A stretch of DNA of 64,000 bases from Mobula hypostoma (Eukaryota). The DNA lies in NCBI RefSeq assembly GCF_963921235.1, contig NC_086124.1:23870001-23934000 (forward strand). The letters run 5' to 3'. Every line of letters begins with the position of its first letter. Within the stretch, counting starts at the first letter, position 1. The notes under the pieces are model-generated. The model did not search any database. It was given only the letters and a program-made list of their open reading frames with translations, and was not told the origin of the DNA. Positions 1 through 10,932 of the stretch are shown here, piece after piece. The position numbers were made by a program, and so were the translations under genes.

Positions 1-1275
1 AGGAAGCCGTTGCCAATATCGACCACCGGCTTCCACTTGTATCCTTTGGTGGATACACCTCGATCGGATGCTTCGGCACAACGGAGGAGCTGAGGGGTCG
101 GGCGAAGTAAATGCCGATTCATCGACTAGGAAAACAGACGGCAGACAAGAACACTGTGGCGACTTTCCTAAAGTGAAAATGCACGGTGGGTGGACTCTCC
201 TGGGGAATGTAGTCTAATATGCTGTTGCTTAGAGCGAATGCGCTGCGTTGCGGAGGATCTTGGGGAAGATAGTAAATTAGGAATACTTCAACTGCACTTG
301 CTCTATAGCTCATGAGCTCTTTGGGAGAGCTGCAGCCTCCTGGGAGTTCTAGTTTCACAATATTACAAATTCTCAATTATTTCTGCACGGTAAACTAGAA
401 ATGCCCAGTATAACTTCAAAAATTACTTGAATTTCTCTGTGAGATCCAACAAGGCCGGCATATATTCCTCATTCCTAACAGCCCTGCAGAAAGATGGGGG
501 TGAACCGCGCCCTTAAATCGCCACAGTCTGTTGAAAGGGGTTGCTGGGCCCGAGGCTACAGGGTTCAGAGCTGTTGACTGTGAGCGATTGATTTGACTTG
601 GCCATGAACCTATAACAGAGCAGATTTCATCGGCAGTCTGGCATAATTCTCATGCCTCAAGGTCTTATGAAGCTGAGATAGCGGATGGATCGGAGGTGGG
701 CGACCTAGCTATTGGTACTGTTCGCTGCTCCCCATCGCGGGAAAAGCAGCGAGATTGAGTGGGGTTGTTGCCTGAATTGTCCGGGCGAGGAAACAATCCG
801 AATTGTGCGGACATACACTGTCCACCAGTGGTGGAGGGTGATCTCTAACGGCATGGATGCGATGCCGAACGAGTGGCAGTAGAGGATTTTCATATCGCAC
901 AACTCATGGTTGTTAGGCCTGAGCTGTACCCGAAACCTAGAGGGCAAGGAGATCACCGTTAGTCTGGGGTCTATCCTTTGACTTGTCTGGCACGGGTGAC
1001 CCTAACGAGAGCCAAAGCATAAAGCTCTGACTCCAGTTATCATAGCTCGCTGAGCCATTGAGGCAAGCAAGTCCCCAAACCCAACACGGTCTTCTAGTGG
1101 TCCTCTTGGCCGGAGGTGTGGTAAAGAGAAATGGCTCGGGCAGGGGGCAATGCCATATCCATTGGCCCAGAGAATGTTAGAAGTCAGCTAAGGTATTAAA
1201 AGGCATGAGGGACGGCCCGGTGATGGGCACTACAACAGCGACTCCCAAGATCACACACAGAGTGATGCCCGTTCT

Positions 1276-1530
1276 ACATTCTCCCATCCCATACTCCCAG
1301 GGTCAGACACTGAACGAAGTGCCCTCCGAATCGTTCCATCACACATTCCTCCAGTCAGACACACAGTGCAGCAACCTCTACACTGTCCCAGCACACACTC
1401 CCTGGGTCAGGCAGAGCGGGAAGTTCCCTCCACACCGTCCCATCGCACACTCCATTGGTCAGACGCAAACTGAAGTTCCCTCTACGCCGTCTCATCACCC
1501 ACTACCAGAGTCAGACACAGTGAGTTCCAG
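1276..1530 (+). repeat. Degenerate ~50-bp minisatellite (acactgtcccatcacacactcccagggtcagacacagagtgaagttccctct-like units)
   Basis: About five diverged units visible, each with cacactccc...gtcagacac and gaagttccctc. Explains ORF 1205..1591. Confidence 0.7.
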
Positions 1531-1772
1531 TGAGGAAGAAGGCACTGATAGTCGCCATGTACTGGTTATGAAACTCCTGTTCACATACTGATTCGGATTT
1601 CTGCAACATTCATGGACTCAGGGTCTCAGACTATATTTTTTGTCTGACTGTATTTACTGATATCTTATATGGACTTACTAACCTATATATTGTTTTGCTA
1701 TGTGTTGCTGTTGGAATTGTATTTTTTACCTTGGCCCCGGCGTAACGCTGTTCCGTTTGGCTATATATACTA

Positions 1773-1901
1773 CAGGGAGTGTGTGCTGGGACAGTGTGGA
1801 GGTTGCTGCACTGTGTGTCTGACTGGAGGAATGTGTGATGGAACGATTCGGAGGGCACTTCGTTCAGTGTCTGACCCTGGGAGTATGGGATGAGAGAATG
1901 T
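1773..1901 (-). repeat. Inverted copy of 1276-1404 (129-bp arm)
   Basis: Reverse complement matches 1276-1404 with about 2 mismatches. ORFs 1205..1591(+) and 1631..1858(-) share the peptide PSESFHHTFLQSDTQCSNL. Confidence 0.9.
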
Positions 1902-2399
1902 TTAATTTAATTGATTAACAATTAAATTAAACTTGAAATGTGGATGCAAAAGCTCAGGACTCGTAGTTAAACGTTGGGGAACGTAATTCCAAAGCACTGT
2001 CACCCTGGAGACAACATCTCAGCGATTCTCCTCGCGGGCCCTCGGCCAAGCGATATTGGTGGGGATGGATATGGAGTTTTTTCAACAAGATTGTCCTCTC
2101 CCTTTGCATCAGGGAGCGACAGCGGACACTATTGTACATTGCGTTCAGAACACGGAATGTTGAACAATGACACACGGTAACAGGTCATACAGCACACCAT
2201 TTCTGCGATAAACCAGAAACAAACTACAGTGATCTATTTAAACTTGGTGCATATCCCTTCATTCCATTCCATTTTAAACACCATAGAACCATCATGCTTA
2301 GAAGCAGAATGAGGTCATTCAGCCCATCGAGTATTCTCCACCAGTTCATCATGTCTGATTTATTACCCCGCTCAACAACATTCTCTTGTCTTCTATCCC

Positions 2400-3383
2400 T
2401 ATCCTACAACACGTTTTCTTAATAGAGAGCTCAACAACCTCCTGGGAATCGGAGTGGAGATAACATATCTATCAAAAGAGGTGGAAGACGCTCCTTTCCT
2501 CCGTTAGCCTGCAGGTCACCTTATCACGTGATCGGCAACAATGAATATATCGAGTCAGGATATATCAACAAACAAGCACTTATTAAACTCTGATAGACAA
2601 TGAAAAAAAAAACGAACGAAAACACGAATCGGAAGTAAACTGCTATGCGGCCGTTCATTAAACAACTTCTCAGTACTAACTCTTAAAGCGATAAATGTGA
2701 AACCAGTTCTTAAAGCGATAAATTCAGACACAGTTCCTCGAATGGTAAATTGTAAAGTCCAAGTAATTTATATAATCAATTAGGAGAGACTTTCATGAAG
2801 TAATGAATTCTTCGAAGACACGACGTCACTGCCACTCCCAGCCGGATCCAGCCTTGTCCACAGGATTCACGACGACGGAAATAAAACGGTTTTAAAGGCA
2901 CTGACCTTCCTCTCCCGTAGAGTAGATCCTGCACAGCCTTTTCTGCCACTTTTAGCAGAGACTATCTCATGCAGATCACTCTTTCTTGAACGAAATCAAT
3001 AATGGTCGATCCTTTTTAAACCCGTCGAACGACTCCTTCAGGGTCCTGTCTTCACTCTCCAATGTCAGTAAAACGATATATTAACAAATCTGGCAGCCAT
3101 TGGTCAAACTGCCGGCTCAGACTTCTGTACCTTACAATAGAACATAAAACTCCGTTAAAAATCAAACCTGCATCATAATACAAATACGCAGCGGAGCAGT
3201 GTATCTCATTGACGTTCTAATTGGAAAACTAACTGCGTCACCAGGGATCCTCCCTTTTACACCCGTGGTGAACATATCATCACGGGACCTCACATCGGCG
3301 GGAAAATTACATCAGGTGACCTCCAAAAGACCATTACATCATTCTCACAAGAAAGTCACAAGATGTCCATGAGGTATGTAACA
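2400..3383 (-). mobile_element. Possible solo LTR
   Basis: About 1 kb non-coding segment that begins TGTTACATACC on the minus strand. The left terminus and TSD were not resolved. Confidence 0.3.
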
Positions 3384-3908
3384 ACCCTTAGGCACGGATA
3401 AAACACCTGCTTCGATCTCCCGATCAGTGTCACATGAGAGCAGGTGGTATGTGTAGCGGGTGTATATCACAAATCCTGATTATCAGGCCTCTGACGCCAG
3501 ACAATCTCTGAAGGACATTGATAATGGCTGGGCTAAACAATCTTGCATCTGGCAAGAAGAAGGCAATTGCAGACCACTTCTGCAGAAAACTTTTTACCGT
3601 GAACAGTCATGGTCATGGAAAGACCATGATCGCCCATGTCATACTACAGGGCACGTAACGAATGAATGCACAACCTCCACTTCAAAACCACCCAATGACT
3701 TGTCATCTGGACCGGTCCGCAGCAATGAAAGCCGCCGCGTTTCCATTCTCTGGCTACACACCTCTTATACTCTGCTATAGACTTTCCCAGGATAGGCAGA
3801 GGATTCTGGCTGTACAGGGGTAAGATGGACACTTTGCTGAATGATATTGGTCCATAGCATGACAAAGATGGGGAACCCCAGACTCAACATATTCCTGCGT
3901 CTCCTAAT

Positions 3909-4365
3909 TATATTCACTAGCCACTTTATTGGATAATTCCTGCAACTAACAAAGTGATCACTGCTTGTATTATCTGTTCATAGTCTTCTTCTGCAGTGGC
4001 TCATCTAATTCGAGGTTCGAGATTCTCCTCTGCACACCACTGTTGTAACACATGGTTATTTCAGTTACTGTCGCTTTCCTGTTAGCTTGAAACAGTCTGC
4101 CCATTCTCATCTGACCTGTCTCATTAACAAGACGTTTTCGCCCAAAGAACTGCCGCTCACTGGATGTTTTTGTTTCTCGCACCATTCTGTGTAAACTCTG
4201 GAGACTGCTGTGCGTGAAACTCCCGGATTATCAGCAGTCTCTGAGATACTCAAACCACTCCGTGTGACACCAGCAATCAGTCCCCGGTCAAAGTCACTTA
4301 GATCTCATTTCTTCCCCCGTTCTCATCTTTGTTCTCTGAAAGTGCTGAAGTGGCCACTGAGTGTA
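3909..4365 (-). mobile_element. Tc1/mariner non-autonomous derivative
   Basis: Degenerate TIRs: tattcactagccactttatt at left, aagtggccactgagtgta at right. ORF 3970..4185 (GRKRLVNETGQMRMGRLFQANRKATVTEIT) is a Tc1 transposase N-terminal HTH fragment. Confidence 0.8.
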
Positions 4366-4379
4366 TGTAGGGCCTCTGG

Positions 4380-4891
4380 CCCTACTTCCTCCCAAGAACA
4401 CCTGGAAAATAAAGACGCATACGTAAGGCTCCTTTTCATTGACTACAGCTCTGCCTTTAATACCATCATTCCAAATAAACTGATTCCAAAGCTCCGGAAC
4501 CTGGGCATTAGCCATGAATGTGCAGCCAAGTTTCCATCGAACTCAATATATAAGTTTGCTGATGACACAACAATTGTAGGCCGTATCTCGGGTAATGGTG
4601 AGTATGGGTACAGAGAGGAACTTAAGAACCTGGTGGCATGGTGACAAGACAATAACCTATCCCTCAACGGCAGCAAGACGAAGGAATTGGTTGTTGACTT
4701 CAGAAGGAGTAGCGGACCGCACGACCCTAGTTACATCGGTGGTGCGCAAGTGGAACAGGTCAAAAGCTTTAAGTTCCTCGGGGTCAATATCACAAATGAC
4801 CTGACTTGGTCCAGCCAAGCAGAGTCCACTGCCAAGAAAGCCCACAAGCGCCTTTGTTTCCTGAGAAAACTAAAGGAATTTGGTCTGTCTG
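4380..4891 (+). mobile_element. Rex1/Babar-type LINE RT fragment with internal deletion
   Basis: Motifs [42 protein letters not shown] and KKAHKRLCFLRKLK. Confidence 0.8.
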
Positions 4892-5440
4892 GAGTAGACA
4901 CTGCAGGTTCGCATCAGCAAGTTACGTCACAGTTGTATAAAACTTTGGATGGGGTGCACTTGGTTTAACTGTGTGCAGTTCAGGCCATCCCATTACAGGA
5001 AAGATGCGGAGGAGTGGAAGTTACAGAGAAAATAGAGCACATCACAGCACAGAACAAGCCGTTCGGCCCACAATGGAATTTGGAAGAATCGGGGGAGGAA
5101 TCTCATTGAAACTTTTCAAATGTTGAAAGGCCTAGACAGAGTAGATGTGGGAAGGATGTTTCCCATCGTAGAGGAAGTCTAGGACAAGAAGGCACAGCCT
5201 CACGATAGAGGGGCGTCCATTTAAAACAGAAATGTGGAGAAATTTCTTCAGCCAGAGGCTGGTGAATTTGTCGAATCTGTCACCTGTGGAGGCCAGGTCG
5301 TTGGGTGCATTTAAGGAAGAACTTGATAGATTCTTTATTGGACACAGCATCAAAGGTTACGGGGAGTGAGGCTGTGGCGTGCGGGGTGGGGGGCGGCGGG
5401 ATCAGCCATGATTGAGTGTCAGAGCAGATTTGATGTGCCA
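4892..5440 (+). mobile_element. CR1-type LINE 3' fragment
   Basis: Degenerate LYKTL..., FFSQRLVNL and LDRFLIGHSIKGYG C-terminus plus 3' UTR. Paralog at 21477-22030. Confidence 0.75.
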
Positions 5441-5449
5441 AATAGCATA

Positions 5450-6160
5450 ATTCTACCCCCATGTGTTAGGATGTTATGTTATGTCCAGGTATTTACCTAC
5501 TCTAAGATTAATCCAACCCTTCCGTCCAACATAGCCCTCCATTGTTCTATCATCCATTTTCCTGTCCAAGAGTTACTTAAATGTCCCCAAAGTATGTGTG
5601 TCCACTACCACCCCGCTGATGCGTTCCGTGCACCCACCGCTCTCTGTGTGAAAAACCTACCTCTGACATCCCCTCTATACTTTCCTCTCGTCTCCTTAAA
5701 ATTATACCCCGTCATATTAGCCATTTCCGCCCTGAGATAAAGCCTCTGGCTGTCCACTCTATCGATGCCTCTTGTCGTCTTGCAAACCTCTATCAGGTCA
5801 CCTCTCAACCCCCTTTGCTTCGGAGAGAAAAGCCCCAGCTTGCTGAACCTGTTTTCATTAGACATGCTCTCTAATCCAGGCAGCATTCTGGTAAATCTTC
5901 TCTGCACCCTCTCTAAATGAAGTGGCCTGAACTGAACACAATACTTCATGTGTGATCTAACTGGAGTTCTGTGGAGATGAAACATTCTCTGATGGATCTG
6001 AAACTTAATCATCCGACTGATGACGGCCAACACTCCTTACACTTTCTTCACCATTCTGTCGCCTTGCTACCGAATTTGAGGCATCTATGGGCTCCGTCTC
6101 TGTTCCTCCACACTGCTAAAAGTCCTGACATAAACTCCGCCTTCAAGTTCAAACTTAAAA
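5450..6160 (-). mobile_element. CR1-type LINE 3' fragment
   Basis: ORF 5605..6033: LERVQRRFTRMLPGLE...RGDLIEVCK...FFTQRAV. Paralog at 22040-22740. Confidence 0.85.
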
Positions 6161-6954
6161 GTGAGTCATTTCACACTTTTCTGAGTCGAACTCTGAGGTG
6201 TCAGAGTTCAGTGAATCAGCGATGACAGAGGCTTTGGAGAGGGTGGAGAAAAGGGGGCAAGTACGACTCAAGGGTTGAAACGGCGTCTAGATGGGCACGG
6301 GATAAAGGCACAGGAGCAGTATGACATGGTCTGCCAGCATGGGCAACGACCTCAACTCTCTGGCTGTGAAACTGCAGAGGACCCTGCCACCACCGGAGTC
6401 TCATCACAACGACAATAGCTGTTTACAGTTTACTGTTTACTGTTTACCTCTGTTGAGCGCTACACCGACATTGAATTATACTTATAAACGTACCTGTGGC
6501 AATATTTTGTGTCATGCGCTGTGTATCATGTATATTTTGTATGTTTCTGTGGTCCCGGGGAGCAATGATTCGTTTGATCGTATGTATGTACCGCCAGATG
6601 ATAACAAATGTGAACTTGAGAGGGAGAAAGGATAAGTGACGCGTAGAAGTTAAATATATCATGCACTGCGTGATTGTTGACCGGAAATCGTTGTCATACA
6701 GACTCATAGATGATGATAGAAAGGAGCATCTGAAAATTTATGGACGGACACAAACCCAAGCGGAGGCTGGGGTGACAGGTGTATTTACCTATGACAGGTT
6801 TGTGTTGAAAACAGAGTCAAACCACTTTTTCCCTTGTGGTAATCCTAAACACCAGAGAGTATGGAATTAAAGTGAGAAGGAGGATATTTCAAAGGAGTCT
6901 TACACTGCAAACGCTTCCACACAAGGGTGATGGATTCCAGGAAGGCGTTGCCGG

Positions 6955-7300
6955 GATAAACCCTTTTAGAAAGAAAGTTGAGTGTATTAGGCAGTTATTA
7001 CCGATATTCCGGTCGTGGTTAACAAACCCCCAATCCCCCAATCAGAATCGCCAAAAAGAATTTGTAGGGAAAAAAACATCTGCACGTAAATGCATGCGCA
7101 CTGGTGCCCGCACAAGGTTTCAGGACATTGAAGTCTTTCTCGGGGTAAACACAACGTATTTGACTGCTATTCTTGTCCGTTGGCAACCCGACTCCCCACG
7201 ACCACCCGCGCCCCCCACCCCCACCCACAGTCGGCCGGTCGGCAAGAATATTGTCAATATTAAACCGGTCCACAGTGCAAAAAATGTTTGGGGACCCCTG
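6955..7300 (+). mobile_element. hAT Charlie/Buster-type non-autonomous element, right end
   Basis: Ends in the TIR ggggacccctg, preceded by aatattgtcaatattaaaccggtcc, as in the other copies in the window. Confidence 0.75.
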
Positions 7301-7419
7301 CATTAATCCTTACATCTTTTTTTCCTCTCTGCCTACCAATTTTCTATCCCTGTCAGTACCCGACCCCCAATACCATTTACTCTAATTTTGCACACTAATC
7401 TCTATGTGGCTCACTGAAA

Positions 7420-7760
7420 GTCCAGGTACAGTACATCCTCTGGCTTTCCCATGTCCATTTTTATAGTTACATTCTCAAAACAAGTCCAGAAAATTAGTCA
7501 AGCATCATTTCCCTTTCGTAAATCCATGCTGACTCGGACCTATCCTGCCACTACTATCCAAATATTCCGCGATTACATCTTTTAAAATTAATTCCAGTAT
7601 CTTCCCCACCACTGATGTCAGACTAACTGGTCTATAATTGCCTGTTTTCTCTCTCCCTCCTTTCTTAAAAAGTGGGATAACATTAGCTACCCTCTAACCG
7701 GTAGGAACTGATCCTGAATCTATAGAACATTGGGAAATAATTACCAAAGCGTCCAATGTA
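7420..7760 (-). mobile_element. CR1 RT N-terminal fragment
   Basis: Paralog of ORF 33416..33667 (DWRVANVIPLFKKGGREK...YRPVSLTSVV...SQHGFTKGK). Confidence 0.75.
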
Positions 7761-7789
7761 AAATTAAGTTACAATGTAAATTGAAAAGC

Positions 7790-9510
7790 GTGAATACCGG
7801 ACTGAAGGTGTCATATCTGAAAGCATGCAGTACACTAGAATAAGGTCGATGAACTTGCAGCACAGTTAGAGATCGGCAGGTATGATGTTGTAAGCATCAC
7901 GGAATCATGGCTGAAAGAAGATTATAGCTGGGAGATTAATGTCCAACGGTACACATCGTATCGAAAGAACAGGCAGGAATCCAGCGGAGCCAGTATTCTT
8001 CTGTTGGTAAAATATGTAATTTAATCATTAGAAATGGTTGACATAGGGTCGGCAGGTGTTGAATCATTGTGGATAGAGCTTAGAAACTGCAATGGGTATA
8101 AAGAGCCTGATAGGAGTTATATACAGAAACCCCCAAAAGGATCAAACGGGGTACAGAAAATGCATTCCAAAAGGGTAACCTTACAATAGCCATGGGGGAT
8201 TACATTATGTAGGTAGATTGGGTTGCTGTGGGATTCCAAGGGGGAAATTCCAGAATGCCTATGGGATAGTGTTTCAGAGCTGCTCGTGTTTGAGCCACGA
8301 AAGGAGAATCTATTGATGTTGTGCACTTGGGTTTTCAGAAGGCCACTGACAAGGTGCCACACGTGAGGCTGCTTGGTAAGCTCCGAGCTCATGGTATTAC
8401 AGGAAAGATTCTCGCATGGATAAAGCAGTGGCTGACTGGCAGGAGGCAAAGACTAGGAATGAAGGGGGATTTTCTGGTGGCTGCCGGTGACTACTGGTGT
8501 TCCATGGGGTCTGTGTTAGGACCGATTCTTCTTACATTATATGTTAATGATTTGGATGATCGATTTAATGGTTTTGTTGCAACATTGCAGAGGATACGCA
8601 GATAGGTGGAGTGGCAGATAGTTTTGCAGAAATACAGAGGCTACAGAGGTACTTACACAGATTAGGAGAATGGACAAAGAAGTGGCAGGTGGAATACAGT
8701 GTCGGGAAGTACTTGGTCATATACATCGATAGAAGAAGTGAAAGGGTTGACTCTTTTCTAAGTGGAGAGAAAATAAAAAATCTGAGGCACAAGGGGACTT
8801 GAGAGTCCTTGTGCAGAATTCTCTGAAGTTCAATTTGCAGGTTGAGTCTGTGGTGGGGAAGTCAAATGCAATATTAGAATTGATTTCAAGAGGACAAGAA
8901 TATAAATGCAAGGATGTAATATTGAGCCTTTATAAGACACTGGCAAGGCTTCACTTTGAGTATTGCGAGCAGCTTGGTACCCGTTATCTTAGAAAGGATC
9001 TGCTGGAATTGGAGAAGTTTCAAAGGGGATTCACGAAAATGATTCCAGAAATAAACATCTTATCATATGGAGAGTGTGTGATGGTATTAGGCTTGTATTC
9101 ACTGAAATTCAGCATAATAAGGGGTGACATCATTGAAACTTATCAAATGGTGAAAGGCTTTGATAGAGAGGATGTGGGGAGAATGAGTCCTATGGTGGGA
9201 GAGTCTAAGACAAGAGGGCATAGCCTCAGAAAAGAGGGGCATCTTTTTAAAACATATTTAAGGAGGAATTTCTTTAGCCAGTTTACGGTGAATCGGTGGA
9301 TTTCGTTGCCACAGCCGGCTGCGGAGGCCAAGTCTTTATATATATTTAAGGCAAAGGTTGAAAGTTTCTTGATTGGTCAGGGCATGAAGGGATACGGGGA
9401 GAAAGCAGGAGATTGGGACTGAGAGGAAAAATACATCAGTCATGATAAAATGGCAGGGCAGACTCAACGAGTCAAATGGCCTAATTGTGCTCCTACATTT
9501 AGTGGTTTTG
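7790..9510 (+). mobile_element. Degenerate CR1 LINE (APE endonuclease fragment, RT fragment, C-terminus)
   Basis: Endonuclease-like ITESWLKEDYSWE and ELRNC stretches; LGFQKATDKVPH; LYKTLARLHFEYC...RGDIIETYQMVKG. Confidence 0.85.
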
Positions 9511-9885
9511 TCTTCAATGATTTGCAGAAGCGTTGATGAACTCGAACTATACCATCGGCTTCAGAGGACGATGGAGACAGGCGTTTATCGATGGCCTATG
9601 CCCAAGTGAGTATGTAAGGTGAGTGAGTAAGGGTGGCAAAGGTGACAGGGAGAAAGTAGGAAAATGGAGTTGATGGGGGCATCAAATCAACCATGATGGG
9701 GTGATGGAGCAGGTTCGATGGGCTGAATGGACTAAACCTGCTCCTCGGTCTTATTCTCACTGAGCAAAAACAGCCTCGTCCCTTCCTTCAGTTTTTTTTT
9801 GAACCCAAACTTGTTATTCTATTTTTTTCACTTCTTAGTTATTTTGAACATTTATATTAATCTTTTTATGTCTTTGCCCCGACCT

Positions 9886-9914
9886 TCACGTCAGAGAAGT
9901 CAGTGATGATAAAT
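9886..9914 (-). CDS. Probable terminal cytoplasmic exon of the MHC-like gene (DLSSLTSLT*)
   Basis: Acceptor tattctcaaatcag, 79 nt after the TM-exon donor. Phase 1 matches and the frame ends in TGA. The exon is short, so chance cannot be excluded. Confidence 0.45.
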
Positions 9915-9993
9915 CTGATTTGAGAATAGTGCAGAGACGGTTTCCCAGCTTAATCCACATTGATGAAGCTCTGTAAGCCTCTCAGGCACTTAC

Positions 9994-10107
9994 CCCTTGA
10001 CGTGCAGCAGTACAAGATTCCAGTCACCACCATTGCGCACAGCCCGAGTATCCCCAGGACAGCTCCAACAATGATCAGAGCTTCTTTCTCGACCAGTGCG
10101 TTGTGTT
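9994..10107 (-). CDS. Connecting-peptide/transmembrane exon of an MHC-like or Ig-superfamily type I membrane protein
   Basis: Acceptor ttttctcctcag and donor G|gtaagt; 114 nt, phase 1-1. Translates EHNALVEKEALIIVGAVLGILGLCAMVVTGILYCCTSR, in frame with the C1 exon at 14751-15020. Confidence 0.8.
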
Positions 10108-10339
10108 CTGAGGAGAAAACGTTGGAGGTTATGTCGTTGTGTTAAGTCATGTTTCATATCATATCATTAAGTTCAAAGTTAATTTATTATCAGAGTACTT
10201 ACGTATATGTCAACCTATGCAACTCTGAGGTTCAATTTCCTGTGGGCAAATCTATAGAGTAGTAACTAGAACGGGATCAATGAACGATCAACTTGACTGC
10301 AGAAGTCAACAAACTGTGCCACTGTGCTGTGCAATAAAT

Positions 10340-10760
10340 AAATAGCATCAAATAACCAGAAACTGAGATAAAGAGTCCTTAAAGAAGATCATTGGTTGTA
10401 GGAGCATCTTAATGGATGGACAAGTGAGTGTAATCAAGACCCAGATGGCTGAGGGGTGGTTACTGATTCTGAACCTGGTGGTGTGAGTCCCGAGGCTCCT
10501 GTACCTTCCACCTGATGGCAGCAGCGAGAGAAGTGCATGGCCTGGGTGGTGGGGATCTCTGACAAAGAATACTGCTTTCCTACAATGTTGCTTCATGTAG
10601 ATGTCATCAATGGCTGGGAGGGCTTCACCCGTGATGTACCAGCCCGAATCCACTATCTTTTGTAGGATTTTCCATTCAAAGGCATTGGTGTTTCCATACT
10701 AGTCTGTAATGCAGCCAGTCAATTCACATCCAGAAAAGTTTGTCAAAGTTTCAGTGTCCG
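10340..10760 (-). mobile_element. Rex1/Babar LINE 3' fragment
   Basis: ORF 10348..10653: RDPHHPGHALLSLLPSGGRYRSLGTHTTRFR. Confidence 0.75.
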
Positions 10761-10932
10761 GTCAAATCTCCAGTGACTCCTAAGGAAGTAGGGACAAGTC
10801 TACTTCCTTAAGAGGTGACTTGTTGTGAGCAGCTCCCATGGGAATCATCAAATATTCCGATTGTTCAGGACTACAACAGCTGAAATGTGTGGTCACGGCT
10901 ATGGATACTTCAGTAAATAACACATTTCACAA

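Larger units (their letters stand above)
4892..7300. repeat. Remnant unit 0 of the segmental duplication (CR1 pair block plus hAT-Charlie right end)
   Basis: 4892-6961 aligns with 21477-23533. 6961-7300 matches the Charlie-like element end, followed by the same cattaatccttac flank as at 33212 and (ctttaatccttac) at 54281. Confidence 0.9.

Noticed and set aside
1-376. Minus-strand open frames with faint resemblance to C1q (SAFT...; VVDIGNGF) or MHC alpha1 (LVDE...RYWQR)
   Set aside because: The motifs fall in different frames with wrong spacing, and the region is cut by the window edge. Not supportable without a profile search.
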